A model generated the notes under the pieces. It was given only the letters and a program-made list of their open reading frames with translations, was not told the origin of the DNA and ran no database searches. A program made the position numbers and the translations under genes. A stretch of DNA of 64,000 nt from Gammaproteobacteria bacterium (GTDB lineage: Bacteria; Pseudomonadota; Gammaproteobacteria; RBG-16-57-12), in contig JAKIVC010000002.1 of NCBI GenBank assembly GCA_021647245.1, positions 64,184 through 128,183 of the forward strand. Reading direction: 5' to 3'. Positions 1 through 9,440 of this stretch are shown piece after piece; the stretch's first letter is position 1, and each line of letters begins with the position of its first letter.

Positions 1-802
1 GGTTGATATGTTTTACCAGCTTATCGAGAATGGTGTGACGAAGGTTTTTGTCAAAATAGATCAAGACATTTTGGCAGAAGACAATATCCATCTTGTGGAT
101 AGTACTCTGATCCATCTCAAGCAGATTGAGCATATTGAAACAGACACGCTTGCGCACCGCCTCATCTACCTGGTACTTGCCGCCCTCTTTTTTTGTTAGA
201 TAGCGCGCTAAAAGTGGCTGTGGGAACTCTTTGACACGCAGCGCGTCGTACACACCTTTACGTGCTTTTGCCAGGGCTGGCAGGCTGATGTCGCTGCCGA
301 CGACGCCGTAGTAGATGTTGGGGTGAAACCTCTTCAGGTAGTCATCCAGTGCAATCGCTAGCGTGTAGCTCTCCTCTCCTGTGGCACAACCGACACTCCA
401 GGCTTGGAGGTGGTTTTCACCCAGGTGGCTCCTGATATAGTCGGGCAAGAAGGCTTCCGTTAGCAGTTTAATAGAGCTGGGGTGGCGAAAAAAACGTGTT
501 TCATGAATAGTCAGGCGATCAACCAGTGTGGTCCACTCAATCTTGCCATTACGCCCCGAGAGCAGGTACTGGTAGTAGTCGCTATAGCATGTAAAGTCCA
601 GCTCACGCATACGCAGCCGAACCCCGGTGGTAAGGAACGATTTGCGCGCATACCGGACATCCATGCCCGTACGCTGCTTGAGCAGACAGCTCCACCGCAG
701 GAACTCCTGGTCATCCATTTCATTGATGCTGTTCATCCAGTCGGGTGTCTCAGCCATAGTCTGTTGTTCAATCACGTTATAACCGATACCTGCCATCAAC
801 AT
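1..802 (-). CDS. pilK: CheR-type protein-glutamate methyltransferase of the Pil-Chp chemosensory cluster (PilK-like); 3' end cut by window edge
   Basis: Absent from the ORF track because it runs off the window. My own minus-strand translation from ATG 757 gives MAETPDWMNS..HETRFFRHP..WSVGCATGEESYTLAIAL..MDIVFCQNVLIYFDKNL, the CheR SAM-methyltransferase motifs. In-frame alternative ATGs lie at 796 and 802, with an upstream stop at 827-829. The gene lies directly downstream of pilJ. Confidence 0.8.
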   Translation of the reverse strand, partial: MLMAGIGYNVIEQQTMAETPDWMNSINEMDDQEFLRWSCLLKQRTGMDVRYARKSFLTTGVRLRMRELDFTCYSDYYQYLLSGRNGKIEWTTLVDRLTIHETRFFRHPSSIKLLTEAFLPDYIRSHLGENHLQAWSVGCATGEESYTLAIALDDYLKRFHPNIYYGVVGSDISLPALAKARKGVYDALRVKEFPQPLLARYLTKKEGGKYQVDEAVRKRVCFNMLNLLEMDQSTIHKMDIVFCQNVLIYFDKNLRHTILDKLVKHIN

Positions 803-834
803 AGCTGTGAAGTCTATATTAGCGTTTTATGCTG

Positions 835-2868
835 CTAACTCGGCAGTTTGAAGCCGGCCACGGAGCCGCGAAGGTCGTGTGCCAGATCGGCCAAATTGCT
901 AATCGAGGCTGAGGTTTCATTCGTGCCCGCCGCCGTTTGGGTGGTGAGATCCTGAATGACATTCATGGTTTCGGAGATATTGTTTGCTGCATTACACTGC
1001 TGTGTTGCCGCTACCGAGATGTTGTGACTCAGGTCATTGAGTTCGTTAGAGACCTCCTCAATTTCAGTCAGAGTATCTCCGGCGGTTTTGGCTAGCTGGG
1101 TTCCCCTAACCACCTCAGTGGTGCTTCGCTCCATTGAAGCAATCGCTTCATTGGTGTCACTTTGAATGGTTTTAACCAGTGCTTCGATCTGTTTGGTAGC
1201 ATCGGTGGAGCGCTCGGCTAGGCGTTGAACTTCATCGGCGACAACCGCAAAGCCACGCCCCGCATCACCCGCCATGGCGGCTTGAATTGCGGCATTCAAT
1301 GCCAGAATATTGGTCTGGTCAGTCAAGTCATTGATTAATTCGACAATTTCACTAATCTCCAGCGAGCTCTCACCTAGGCGCTTGATGCGTTTCGAGGTCT
1401 CTTGAATCTGCTCGCGGATATGCTCCATGCCGTTAATAGAGTCGTGAACAGCGGTGACGCCATCATGGGCGGTTTTGACGGATGTCTTGGCAACGGTGGA
1501 GGAGTTGAGTGCATTAGTGGAGACATCCTCAATCGAGGTGGCCATCTCGTTAATTGCGGTAACAACCGTGGCAATCTGATGTGCTTGGTGGTCGGTGGCA
1601 TCGGCCAGATGTATCGCAGTGGTTTGCGTCTCTGTTGCAGCAGAGGAGACTTGTGACACGGTATCATTAATGGTGTTGACCAAGTTGCGCAGTGCGCTGA
1701 CCACGTAGTTGATATGTTCAGCAATAGCACCCGTAAAGTCATTTGATACGGTCGCTTCTACGGTGAGGTCGCCCTCAGCTAAGCCACTGATTTCGTACAA
1801 TAGACGTTGAATCGCCTCTTCATGCTCCTGGTTGGCTTGTGCACTCTCCTCGATACGCTGGCGTGCATCGCGTAGCAGTGAGTAGGCGAGCCAAATCAAC
1901 ACGATAAGTGCGAAAAAGGCAGCTGCATAGCCCAGGTTTTCGGCGAGAGAGCGTGAAGTGCTGTTGTTCAAATTGATATAGGCGCGCAGCAGGTTGCTGC
2001 TGGCGTGCAGCAGGGCATCTGACTCGCGGTACATATTATTGGCTGCAACCTGTGCCTTGAATAGCTCAGGGGTTCGCTCCAGAATACGCTCCGAGAGGTC
2101 ACTGACGGCCTGATACATCAGATCCAAAACCTCAAGTTTATCTCTTGCAAGCTCATTTCGTATGCGGCTGACATCTTGAGCGGTATCGCCTTCACGCATA
2201 CCGGCCAGCACTTCACCAAACTGGGCAATATCACGCTTAAATTCAGCTGCCGCATTAGCGGCACCCGTGTCGGCATTGATCATTCGGACAAGGTTATACT
2301 CTATGCGCTGTGCCAAGGTAACTTGGTTTGCTGCGTGCTGAATCTGTTTTGGGCGGTATCCGAGTTCCACCATGATATCGACCACTTCGGAAGAGCTCGC
2401 CTGTATCTGGGGCATTAACTCTGCCAGTGCGGAGATAAACTCACTGAGTATGCGGGTAGTCCCTTCAGACTCCAGCGTAATCTCTATATTATTGCTGAAC
2501 TTTTCCCACTCAGTGGTGAGGGCATCGAGTTCCGCCTGGACCTCTTTGGGCGATGGTGGCAGGCCACTCTCGGGGTTGCCATTTTGCAGCTTCATTAGTG
2601 ATGCATTGAAAAGGTCGTGGGTCTCTTTTAGCTTACCGAAGGCATCCACATCGGCTTGTGACGCGGCGATTGCGTATTTCAATACGCGTTGTGAAAGTAG
2701 CCGCTGCTCCCCTGCCGTATTAATGTACTCTCTATCGTGTTGCTCTTTGATAGAGGAGTAACCAAAGAGTAATCCCATTAATACCACCAGCACAATGAGC
2801 AGAGCGATGGCGTAGGTGATTGGCTTATTGTTAGTGCCGCTTTCTGTCTGAATTGCTGATGTTGTCAT
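835..2868 (-). CDS. pilJ: type IV pilus methyl-accepting chemotaxis transducer (PilJ-like)
   Basis: 677 aa ORF with an N-terminal TM helix and a second TM region. The C-terminal MCP signalling hairpin reads NILALNAAIQAAMAGDAGRGFAVVADEVQRLAERS. It sits between pilI and pilK. Confidence 0.9.
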   Translation of the reverse strand: MTTSAIQTESGTNNKPITYAIALLIVLVVLMGLLFGYSSIKEQHDREYINTAGEQRLLSQRVLKYAIAASQADVDAFGKLKETHDLFNASLMKLQNGNPESGLPPSPKEVQAELDALTTEWEKFSNNIEITLESEGTTRILSEFISALAELMPQIQASSSEVVDIMVELGYRPKQIQHAANQVTLAQRIEYNLVRMINADTGAANAAAEFKRDIAQFGEVLAGMREGDTAQDVSRIRNELARDKLEVLDLMYQAVSDLSERILERTPELFKAQVAANNMYRESDALLHASSNLLRAYINLNNSTSRSLAENLGYAAAFFALIVLIWLAYSLLRDARQRIEESAQANQEHEEAIQRLLYEISGLAEGDLTVEATVSNDFTGAIAEHINYVVSALRNLVNTINDTVSQVSSAATETQTTAIHLADATDHQAHQIATVVTAINEMATSIEDVSTNALNSSTVAKTSVKTAHDGVTAVHDSINGMEHIREQIQETSKRIKRLGESSLEISEIVELINDLTDQTNILALNAAIQAAMAGDAGRGFAVVADEVQRLAERSTDATKQIEALVKTIQSDTNEAIASMERSTTEVVRGTQLAKTAGDTLTEIEEVSNELNDLSHNISVAATQQCNAANNISETMNVIQDLTTQTAAGTNETSASISNLADLAHDLRGSVAGFKLPS

Positions 2869-2924
2869 TATCGGCTCCAGGCCTTATTTGTTGGTGGTAA
2901 TATCATTATTTATGGGATGCCGCA

Positions 2925-3452
2925 TTAAGCGGCTATGTTCATGAATGCCTGTGATTGCGCCAGCTTTGGCAGGCTTAGCACATGGTACTCTTGTGAGTCG
3001 TCCATAAAACCTGCTGTCAGGTAGGGTACTAATTTTGGGTCATTCGAGGCGTGATTTTCGACCTTTTTTGTCTGGTCGAGATGCCTGAGGCCGTGAACCT
3101 CGTCGACCAGCAACCCCGCCATCAGTCCCGACTGGTTAATGACCAGTATACGGCTGTTTTTTTGGGCGGTAGGTGCGCGTAAATCGAGAAATGCGGCGAG
3201 ATCAATGATGGTGATTAAGCTTCCTCGCACATTGGCTACACCTCTCACCCATGGCTTAACACCAGGCAGCAGAGAAATATGAGGGCAGGGTGCCACCTCC
3301 TGTATCTCGGAAAGAGCGGATATTAGGTTGATTTTGCCAAAGCGGTAGCTGATACCGTGCCAGATTTTCCGTGCCTTATCGGGCTGTGGTAATGGGGTGG
3401 CATTTTCGTGAGCTCGCGCTGCAATTTCTTGTAGTAATTGAAAAAAATTCAT
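2925..3452 (-). CDS. pilI: CheW-like coupling protein (PilI-like)
   Basis: 175 aa with CheW-domain features (VRGVANVRGSLITIIDLAAFL, LLVDEVHGL). Its ATG overlaps the pilG stop (ATGA). Confidence 0.85.
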   Translation of the reverse strand: MNFFQLLQEIAARAHENATPLPQPDKARKIWHGISYRFGKINLISALSEIQEVAPCPHISLLPGVKPWVRGVANVRGSLITIIDLAAFLDLRAPTAQKNSRILVINQSGLMAGLLVDEVHGLRHLDQTKKVENHASNDPKLVPYLTAGFMDDSQEYHVLSLPKLAQSQAFMNIAA

Positions 3453-3850
3453 TGCGTAACCGCCCTCGGTACATGGTGTTTTACGGCATCCAGTAGTTCA
3501 TCTTTGGTAAAAGGCTTGGTCAGGTACTGATCCGAACCTACAATCCGCCCACGGGCACGGTCAAACAGACCATCTTTACTGGTGAGCATAACCACCGGAG
3601 TTGTTTTGAAGGTGTGGTTGTGTTTAATCAGGGCGCAGGTTTGATAGCCATCGAGGCGCGGCATCATCACATCAACAAAAATCAGATCGGGCTTGTGATC
3701 GGTGATGATAGAGAGTGCAGCAAACCCGTCGATGGCTGTGACAACATCACAACCCGCTTTTTGGAGGAGTGTTTCCGCTGTGCGGCGGATTGTTTTACTG
3801 TCATCAATGACCATCACTTTTACATTTTGAAACTGGGTTGTATTCGCCAT
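3449..3850 (-). CDS. pilG: single-domain CheY-like response regulator PilG
   Basis: 133 aa. KVMVIDDSKTIRRTAETLL..IFVDVMMPRLDGYQTCALIK..GRIVGSDQYLTKPF matches PilG as I remember it from P. aeruginosa better than PilH. It is divergent from gshA/gshB, as in Pseudomonas. Confidence 0.9.
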   Translation of the reverse strand: MANTTQFQNVKVMVIDDSKTIRRTAETLLQKAGCDVVTAIDGFAALSIITDHKPDLIFVDVMMPRLDGYQTCALIKHNHTFKTTPVVMLTSKDGLFDRARGRIVGSDQYLTKPFTKDELLDAVKHHVPRAVTQ

Positions 3851-4279
3851 GCGTTCGTCCTGTTATTTTCTTCGCCTTGATCGACTCGTTTCGACTGGCA
3901 GTAAAAGCGCACTAAAGCGAAGAAATTAAACCAATATTGTCAAAGTTGCACCTATTTTATTTTGCTCAAGATAACACTATTTTTGATTTTTTGAGACAAA
4001 TTTATCTGCTTTTCGCAGGGCGTGAAAAGGTTACCGGCGTTTCATGTTAAACTGATGGGCACCTGAACTTCGTTAGTTATCTTCAAATTTATTGTTTTAA
4101 GGTTTAATTGATTATCCCGCAAAAAACAACCGGGATTAGTGCTTTTTCGACGATTGTGTCAGGCTATTTCACTCTGAACATAGGGTGAAAGTATAGGCCG
4201 AACCAAGCGCCTATCAGTCGGTCGTACTCGTTGTATTTACTCGGTTTTTAGTGGTGGCCACAGTGATGAAGGAAAATTA

Positions 4280-5569
4280 ATGACATTTCAACAGCATGTG
4301 AGCGTACCGCACTTGACAACCGCCCTCACAGGACCTCTGCAACACATTGAGAGCCACCTGCTTGGGCATCAAGTCGAAATTGAGACGTGGTTCCGCAGTC
4401 AGTGGCTAAAGACCCCTGCCCCTTTTTATACCTCGGTTGATCTGCGTAATGCGGGTTTCAAGCTGGCGCCGGTCGATACCAACCTCTTCCCGGCAGGCTT
4501 TAATAACCTCAATAGTGCTTTCATGCCGCTCTGTATCCATGCAGTACAATCGGCCGTGGAGCGGATTTGCCCCACTGGGCGGCGAGTTTTATTGGTGCCC
4601 GAAAATCATACCCGTAACCTCTTCTACCTGGAGAGTCTGGCAACACTGGTGCAAATTATTACTGCGGCGGGTTTTGAAGTGCGCATTGGCTCACTGCTGG
4701 CAACACTGGATGAGCCCATGTGTGTGGAGCTGCCCTCGGGGCGAAGTGTGACGCTGGAACGCCTGATTCGCCATAACTCCCGCGTTGGTGTGGCCGGTTT
4801 TGACCCCTGTGCGGTGCTATTAAATAATGACCTCTCCGAGGGGTACCCTGAAATATTAGTGGGTATAGAGCAGTCTATTATTCCACCGCTGGCATTGGGC
4901 TGGTCAAATCGACTGAAATCGGGTCACTTTGCACACTATCGTGATGTTGCCGAAGAGCTCTCCGACTTGGTTGAAATCGACTCCTGGCTGATCTCTCCCT
5001 TGTTTCGCAACTGTGGTGAGGTCAGCTTTAAAAAGCGTGAAGGTGAAGATTGTTTACTGAAAAATGCGACCGCGCTATTTACCGCGATAAAGCTTAAATA
5101 TGAAGAGTATGGTTTAACCGATAAACCTTTTATTGTCGCCAAAGCAGATGCGGGCACCTACGGAATGGGAATAATGACCGTGGAGAGTCCAGAGGAGCTG
5201 GTTGAGCTTAATCGCAAGCAGCGCAATAAAATGGCTTCCGCCAAAGGGGGGCAAGAGGTGAGCCAGGTTATTTTGCAGGAGGGTGTTTATACCTTCGAGA
5301 CGTGGGGTGATGCGGTCGCAGAGCCGGTAGTTTATATGTTGGATCACTTTGTGGTTGGCGGGTTTTACCGGGTGCATAAAGGACGAGGTGTAAAAGAGAA
5401 TCTGAATGCACCAGGAATGCACTTTGAGCCGCTGGCTTTTGCAGAGTCTTGCAGCACCCCTGATCGCAGCGAGGCGCCGGATGCGGGTATTAACCGCTTT
5501 TACGCCTATGGCGTGATTGCTCGCTTGGCGATGCTGGCGGCAGCTCGTGAAATTCATCAACACAGTTAG
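4280..5569 (+). CDS. gshA: glutamate--cysteine ligase, short (~430 aa) non-E. coli type
   Basis: 429 aa. The N-terminal motif VDLRNAGFKLAPVDTNLFPAGFNNL and an ATP-grasp-like C-terminal half are remembered from the short GshA family. It ends 9 nt upstream of gshB. Confidence 0.75.
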   Translation: MTFQQHVSVPHLTTALTGPLQHIESHLLGHQVEIETWFRSQWLKTPAPFYTSVDLRNAGFKLAPVDTNLFPAGFNNLNSAFMPLCIHAVQSAVERICPTGRRVLLVPENHTRNLFYLESLATLVQIITAAGFEVRIGSLLATLDEPMCVELPSGRSVTLERLIRHNSRVGVAGFDPCAVLLNNDLSEGYPEILVGIEQSIIPPLALGWSNRLKSGHFAHYRDVAEELSDLVEIDSWLISPLFRNCGEVSFKKREGEDCLLKNATALFTAIKLKYEEYGLTDKPFIVAKADAGTYGMGIMTVESPEELVELNRKQRNKMASAKGGQEVSQVILQEGVYTFETWGDAVAEPVVYMLDHFVVGGFYRVHKGRGVKENLNAPGMHFEPLAFAESCSTPDRSEAPDAGINRFYAYGVIARLAMLAAAREIHQHS

Positions 5570-5578
5570 GGTCAGGTT

Positions 5579-6535
5579 ATGGGGATAAAGCTCGGCATTG
5601 TAATGGATCCGATTGACGCTATCACAACCTACAAAGATAGCAGTTTTGCGATGTTGCTGGAGGCGCAAAAGCGAGGTTATCAGCTCTACTACATGGAGAT
5701 GAAAGACCTCTCTCTACGTGATGGCAAGGCGTTCGGTCGTCTCTCCCCTCTGACGGTAGATGACAACCAGGAAGCATGGTTTACCTTAGGTGATGCGGTT
5801 GAGCAGCCACTGACAGAACTTGATGTTATTTTGATGCGTAAAGACCCCCCTTTTGATACAGAGTATATCTATGCCACCTACTTGCTCGAACGCGCTGAAG
5901 TGGAGGGTGTGCTGGTTGTCAACAAGCCACAGAGTCTGCGTGATGCCAATGAAAAGCTTTATACCGCATGGTTTAATCAGTGTACGCCCCCGACACTGGT
6001 GAGCCGCCGAGATGATCAATTGCGCGCTTTTTTGGTGGAGCAGGGTGATATTATTCTTAAGCCATTAGACGGGATGGGCGGAGCTTCGGTATTTCGGCTA
6101 CGTCAGCAGGATGCCAATATTGGTGTGACTATTGAAGTGCTGACCCAGCATGGCCAGCGCTATATCATGGCGCAACGTTTTATTCCGGAGATCACCTCAG
6201 GAGATAAGCGCATCTTGATGGTGGATGGCGAACCGATACCCTACGCACTGGCGCGCTTACCCGCTAAGGGCGAGGTGCGGGCCAACCTGGCGGTGGGTGG
6301 CCGGGGGGTGGGTGTCGAGTTAAGTGAAAGAGACCACTGGATCTGCCAACAGGTGGGGCCGGCGTTGCGAGAGAAAGGGTTGCTATTTGTGGGGCTGGAT
6401 GTGATTGGTGACTACCTGACAGAGATCAATGTGACCAGCCCTACCTGTATTCGCGAGCTAGATAATCAATACGGGATCAATATCAGCGGCAAACTGATGG
6501 ATGCCATTGAGCAGCGTCTGGCGGCGCGCACCTGA
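5579..6535 (+). CDS. gshB: glutathione synthetase
   Basis: 318 aa with a GshB N-domain plus ATP-grasp motifs (ILKPLDGMGGASVFR, GDKRILMVDGEP, GLDVIGDYLTEINVTSPT). Confidence 0.95.
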   Translation: MGIKLGIVMDPIDAITTYKDSSFAMLLEAQKRGYQLYYMEMKDLSLRDGKAFGRLSPLTVDDNQEAWFTLGDAVEQPLTELDVILMRKDPPFDTEYIYATYLLERAEVEGVLVVNKPQSLRDANEKLYTAWFNQCTPPTLVSRRDDQLRAFLVEQGDIILKPLDGMGGASVFRLRQQDANIGVTIEVLTQHGQRYIMAQRFIPEITSGDKRILMVDGEPIPYALARLPAKGEVRANLAVGGRGVGVELSERDHWICQQVGPALREKGLLFVGLDVIGDYLTEINVTSPTCIRELDNQYGINISGKLMDAIEQRLAART

Positions 6536-7563
6536 TGCGTTGGCTACTACTGCTTATGGTGCTGCTACTGGCTGGATGTGATCATCCGGATACCCACAGC
6601 CATAAACAGCAGATGTATGTTTTTGGTACCTTGGTGGAGGTGTTGATCTGGACCGATGAGGAGGAGGCTGCCAGTGAGGCGATGACACGGCTGAACGCGC
6701 AGTTTCAACAGCAGCACCAACAGTGGCACCCATGGGAGCCCGGTCTACTGCGCGCATTTAATCAACAGCTTTCGAGTGGTGATTCGGTTCCCATCCCTGA
6801 TGTGATATCTCCACTTCTGGCGCGCTCTATTGAGCTATCAATAGCCAGTGATGGTCTGTTTGACCCCGCCCTGGGGCGATTGGTAGAGTTGTGGGGCTTT
6901 TCGGATAATCTGGTTAACGCTTCCCAGCCACCAGATGCCGCCGCGTTAGCTGATTTTACTGAACATGCTCCGCGTATCAAAGACCTGGAAATCAACAGTG
7001 GCGTGGCGCAGAGTCATAATGCTCTTCTCTATCTCGATTTTGGTGGTTTTGCCAAAGGGTATGCGGTGGATCGTGCGATTGAGGCATTGCGTGAAATGGG
7101 ATTCGAAAATGCGATTGTCAATGCAGGGGGTGATCTGCGGGCGATCGGTAGCAAAGGAGAGTGGCCGTGGCGGATCGGAATTCGTAATCCACGGGGTGAA
7201 GGGTTGATTGCATCACTCCAGATTAGCGGCGATGAGAGTGTTTTCACTTCAGGTGACTACGAGCGGTTTTATGAATACCGGGGTAAGCGGTACCACCATA
7301 TTATCGACCCACGTAGTGGCTACCCGACGGCTGGTTTTAGCTCGGTGACCATTTTACATGGCGATGCGGCCACGGCTGATGCTGCCGCCACGGCGCTGAT
7401 GGTGGCCGGGCCCAAGCAGTGGCGTGAGGTGGCAAAAAAAATGGGGTTAAATCATGTGATGGTGATTACTCCCCAGGGTGACATCAGCATGACACCCGCC
7501 ATGGTTGAGCGTATTCGATTTGAGGTTTCGCCCGCGCCCCTCGTCAAGGTGGTAGATTGGTAG
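6535..7563 (+). CDS. apbE: FAD:protein FMN transferase (ApbE family) lipoprotein
   Basis: 342 aa with lipobox LLAGC and the motifs GGFAKGYAVDRA and SGDYERF..HHIIDPRSGYP. Its ATG overlaps the gshB stop. Confidence 0.9.
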   Translation: MRWLLLLMVLLLAGCDHPDTHSHKQQMYVFGTLVEVLIWTDEEEAASEAMTRLNAQFQQQHQQWHPWEPGLLRAFNQQLSSGDSVPIPDVISPLLARSIELSIASDGLFDPALGRLVELWGFSDNLVNASQPPDAAALADFTEHAPRIKDLEINSGVAQSHNALLYLDFGGFAKGYAVDRAIEALREMGFENAIVNAGGDLRAIGSKGEWPWRIGIRNPRGEGLIASLQISGDESVFTSGDYERFYEYRGKRYHHIIDPRSGYPTAGFSSVTILHGDAATADAAATALMVAGPKQWREVAKKMGLNHVMVITPQGDISMTPAMVERIRFEVSPAPLVKVVDW

Positions 7564-7925
7564 TGCTGCGTCGAGGTGATTATCTGGTACTGTTGGCCAC
7601 ACTACTGCTGTTGCCATGGCTCTATTTGACGCTCTGGGGTGATCAGCGTGCGGGTGAGTATGCACAAATTCTTGTGGGTGGTGAGCAGATGGCGTTGGTG
7701 AGCCTTCACCAACCGCGAACCCTTGAAGTGGAAGGATCTCTGGGGTTGAGTCTGCTCGAAGTGCTGGACGGTAAAATTCGTTTTGTAGCATCGGCCTGCC
7801 AAAATAAACAGTGTGTTCATCGCCGCTGGATCAGCTTGGGCGGCGAGGTGGTGAGCTGCTTGCCCAACCGGGTGAGTATCGCCATATTAGGTGGTGAGCA
7901 GCGTTTTGATGCGATTAACTTTTAA
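7557..7925 (+). CDS. small membrane-anchored protein, probably NusG domain II-like
   Basis: 122 aa with an N-terminal TM helix followed by a small beta-rich domain. The call rests mainly on its conserved position between ApbE and the Gx-type transporter. The start is ambiguous (TTG 7557 or GTG 7563). Confidence 0.5.
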   Translation: MVVLRRGDYLVLLATLLLLPWLYLTLWGDQRAGEYAQILVGGEQMALVSLHQPRTLEVEGSLGLSLLEVLDGKIRFVASACQNKQCVHRRWISLGGEVVSCLPNRVSIAILGGEQRFDAINF

Positions 7926-7931
7926 TCACCC

Positions 7932-8489
7932 ATGAATCAACTTGGCCACCGCAAGATTTTGACACAACCCAGTGACCATCGCATCGCTTGGTGGGCCGCG
8001 CTGGCGATCACCATTCATATTGTTGAGAGTGCGCTGCCCAGCCCGGTCCCGGGTCTTAAGCTGGGTTTGGCAAATGTGATTGTGGTGGCGGTGCTGGTGC
8101 TCTATGGCTGGCGAGATGCGGTTTGGGTGGCACTGTTACGGGTGTTGGTGGGGAGCCTGCTGGTGGGTACTTTCCTTACACCTACCTTTATGCTCAGTTT
8201 AAGTGGCGCGTGTGCCAGCCTGCTGGCGCTTGGCGCGGGATATTACTACAGTCGCCTGCTACCCAGTTGGGGGCTTGGGGCGCTGGGCTACAGTCTGTTG
8301 GCTGCCCAAGCGCATATGCTTGGGCAGTTTGCTATCGCCTATTTTGTATTGATTCCACACCCCGCGCTCTTTAAATTATTACCGGTATTGATGACGGCTG
8401 CATTGGTATTTGGCGTGATCAGTGGCATGATTGCAGTGGCAATGATTGATAAGGTACAGAAGCGAGTCAATGGTGGAACAAGTAGTTAA
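7932..8489 (+). CDS. polytopic membrane protein, Gx transporter family (often mis-annotated as heptaprenyl diphosphate synthase component I)
   Basis: 185 aa with about 5 hydrophobic helices and Gly/Leu-rich sequence. It is the usual partner of the two preceding genes. Confidence 0.55.
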   Translation: MNQLGHRKILTQPSDHRIAWWAALAITIHIVESALPSPVPGLKLGLANVIVVAVLVLYGWRDAVWVALLRVLVGSLLVGTFLTPTFMLSLSGACASLLALGAGYYYSRLLPSWGLGALGYSLLAAQAHMLGQFAIAYFVLIPHPALFKLLPVLMTAALVFGVISGMIAVAMIDKVQKRVNGGTSS

Positions 8490-9351
8490 AGCGACACCCA
8501 TTAAATCCTCAGATCGACTGAGTTTCACCATTTTTATCGCGGTGATTGTGCATTTGGTGCTGGTGTTGGGTGTTGTTTTTGAATATGAGCTGAATAAGCC
8601 GCCGGTACTCACTGAAATGGAGGTGATCTTCATTCAAAATAGCACGTCGAGTGAAGAGAGTGACGCGGACTACCTGGCACAGGTGACACAGCAGGGCGGT
8701 GGTAATACCGAAGACAAAGTACGTCCCACCAGCCCACCACCCTCCGAATTGCCCAGTGACAACCCTAATGAGGCACCTGCACCGCAAGTTGAAAGGGTGG
8801 CCAGCAACCCAGAGCCAACCCAGCAACAGTTGGCGGTGAGAGTAGCGCAACAGGCGGAGTTGATTGAGCAACAGGTGCGTGAGCTTGAATCCAAATTACA
8901 ACAAAACCTGACGGCACAGCAGCTGATTCAGCGTAGCCGGGAGATCGCCAGTCTTAATGCGGAAGTAAGCGAGGCGTGGGAGAGCTACTCGAAAATGCCG
9001 CGTAAGAAATATATATCAGCGGCAACCCAAGAGTATAGTGCGGCGGCTTACATGAGTGCCTGGCAGGATAAAGTAGAGCGCATCGGCAATATCAACTACC
9101 CGGAAGCGGCGCGGCACCAAAATATTTATGGCAGCTTGGTATTGGAAGTTAATATAAAGCCTGACGGCAGCGTACAAGAGATCAACGTGTTACGCTCATC
9201 AGGGGAGCGTTTACTGGATGATGCGGCGATTCGTATTGTGCGCCTAGCCTCACCCTTTGCACCACTTCCTGATGCATTGAGAGAGGGGGCTGATATTCTT
9301 GCTATTATACGTACTTGGCAGTTTCAGCAGGGCGGGCTGGCAACCAAGTAG
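8470..9351 (+). CDS. tonB: TonB family energy transducer
   Basis: N-terminal TM helix (FTIFIAVIVHLVLVLGVVF), a Pro/Glu-rich spacer (PTSPPPSELPSDNPNEAPAP) and a C-terminal TonB_C-like domain (YPEAARHQNIYGSLVLEVNIKPDGSV..I.RSSG). I prefer ATG 8470 to the TTG 8446 of the ORF track. Confidence 0.75.
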   Translation: MVEQVVKATPIKSSDRLSFTIFIAVIVHLVLVLGVVFEYELNKPPVLTEMEVIFIQNSTSSEESDADYLAQVTQQGGGNTEDKVRPTSPPPSELPSDNPNEAPAPQVERVASNPEPTQQQLAVRVAQQAELIEQQVRELESKLQQNLTAQQLIQRSREIASLNAEVSEAWESYSKMPRKKYISAATQEYSAAAYMSAWQDKVERIGNINYPEAARHQNIYGSLVLEVNIKPDGSVQEINVLRSSGERLLDDAAIRIVRLASPFAPLPDALREGADILAIIRTWQFQQGGLATK

Positions 9352-9440
9352 TCATCACGCTATTCAACCGCGCCATAAGAGCTTGCAGCCGAGCGACTGA
9401 ATAGATTACTTAAAATAATCAAGTCAACGATATTGAATCA

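Noticed and set aside
482-838. 118-aa plus-strand ORF, together with the 70-aa minus ORF at 511-723 and the 63-aa ORF at 8-199
   Set aside because: They lie antisense or out of frame within the CheR-like pilK reading frame, which has clear family motifs. They have no motifs of their own.
5114-5668. 184-aa minus-strand ORF spanning the gshA/gshB junction
   Set aside because: It is antisense to two well-supported genes and its sequence is low-complexity Arg/His-rich, typical of shadow ORFs. The same reasoning applies to the other antisense ORFs in the track (for example 1374-1742, 8509-8871, 21665-22111, 23083-23580, 31062-31494, 49550-50004, 54679-55212, 60167-60499).
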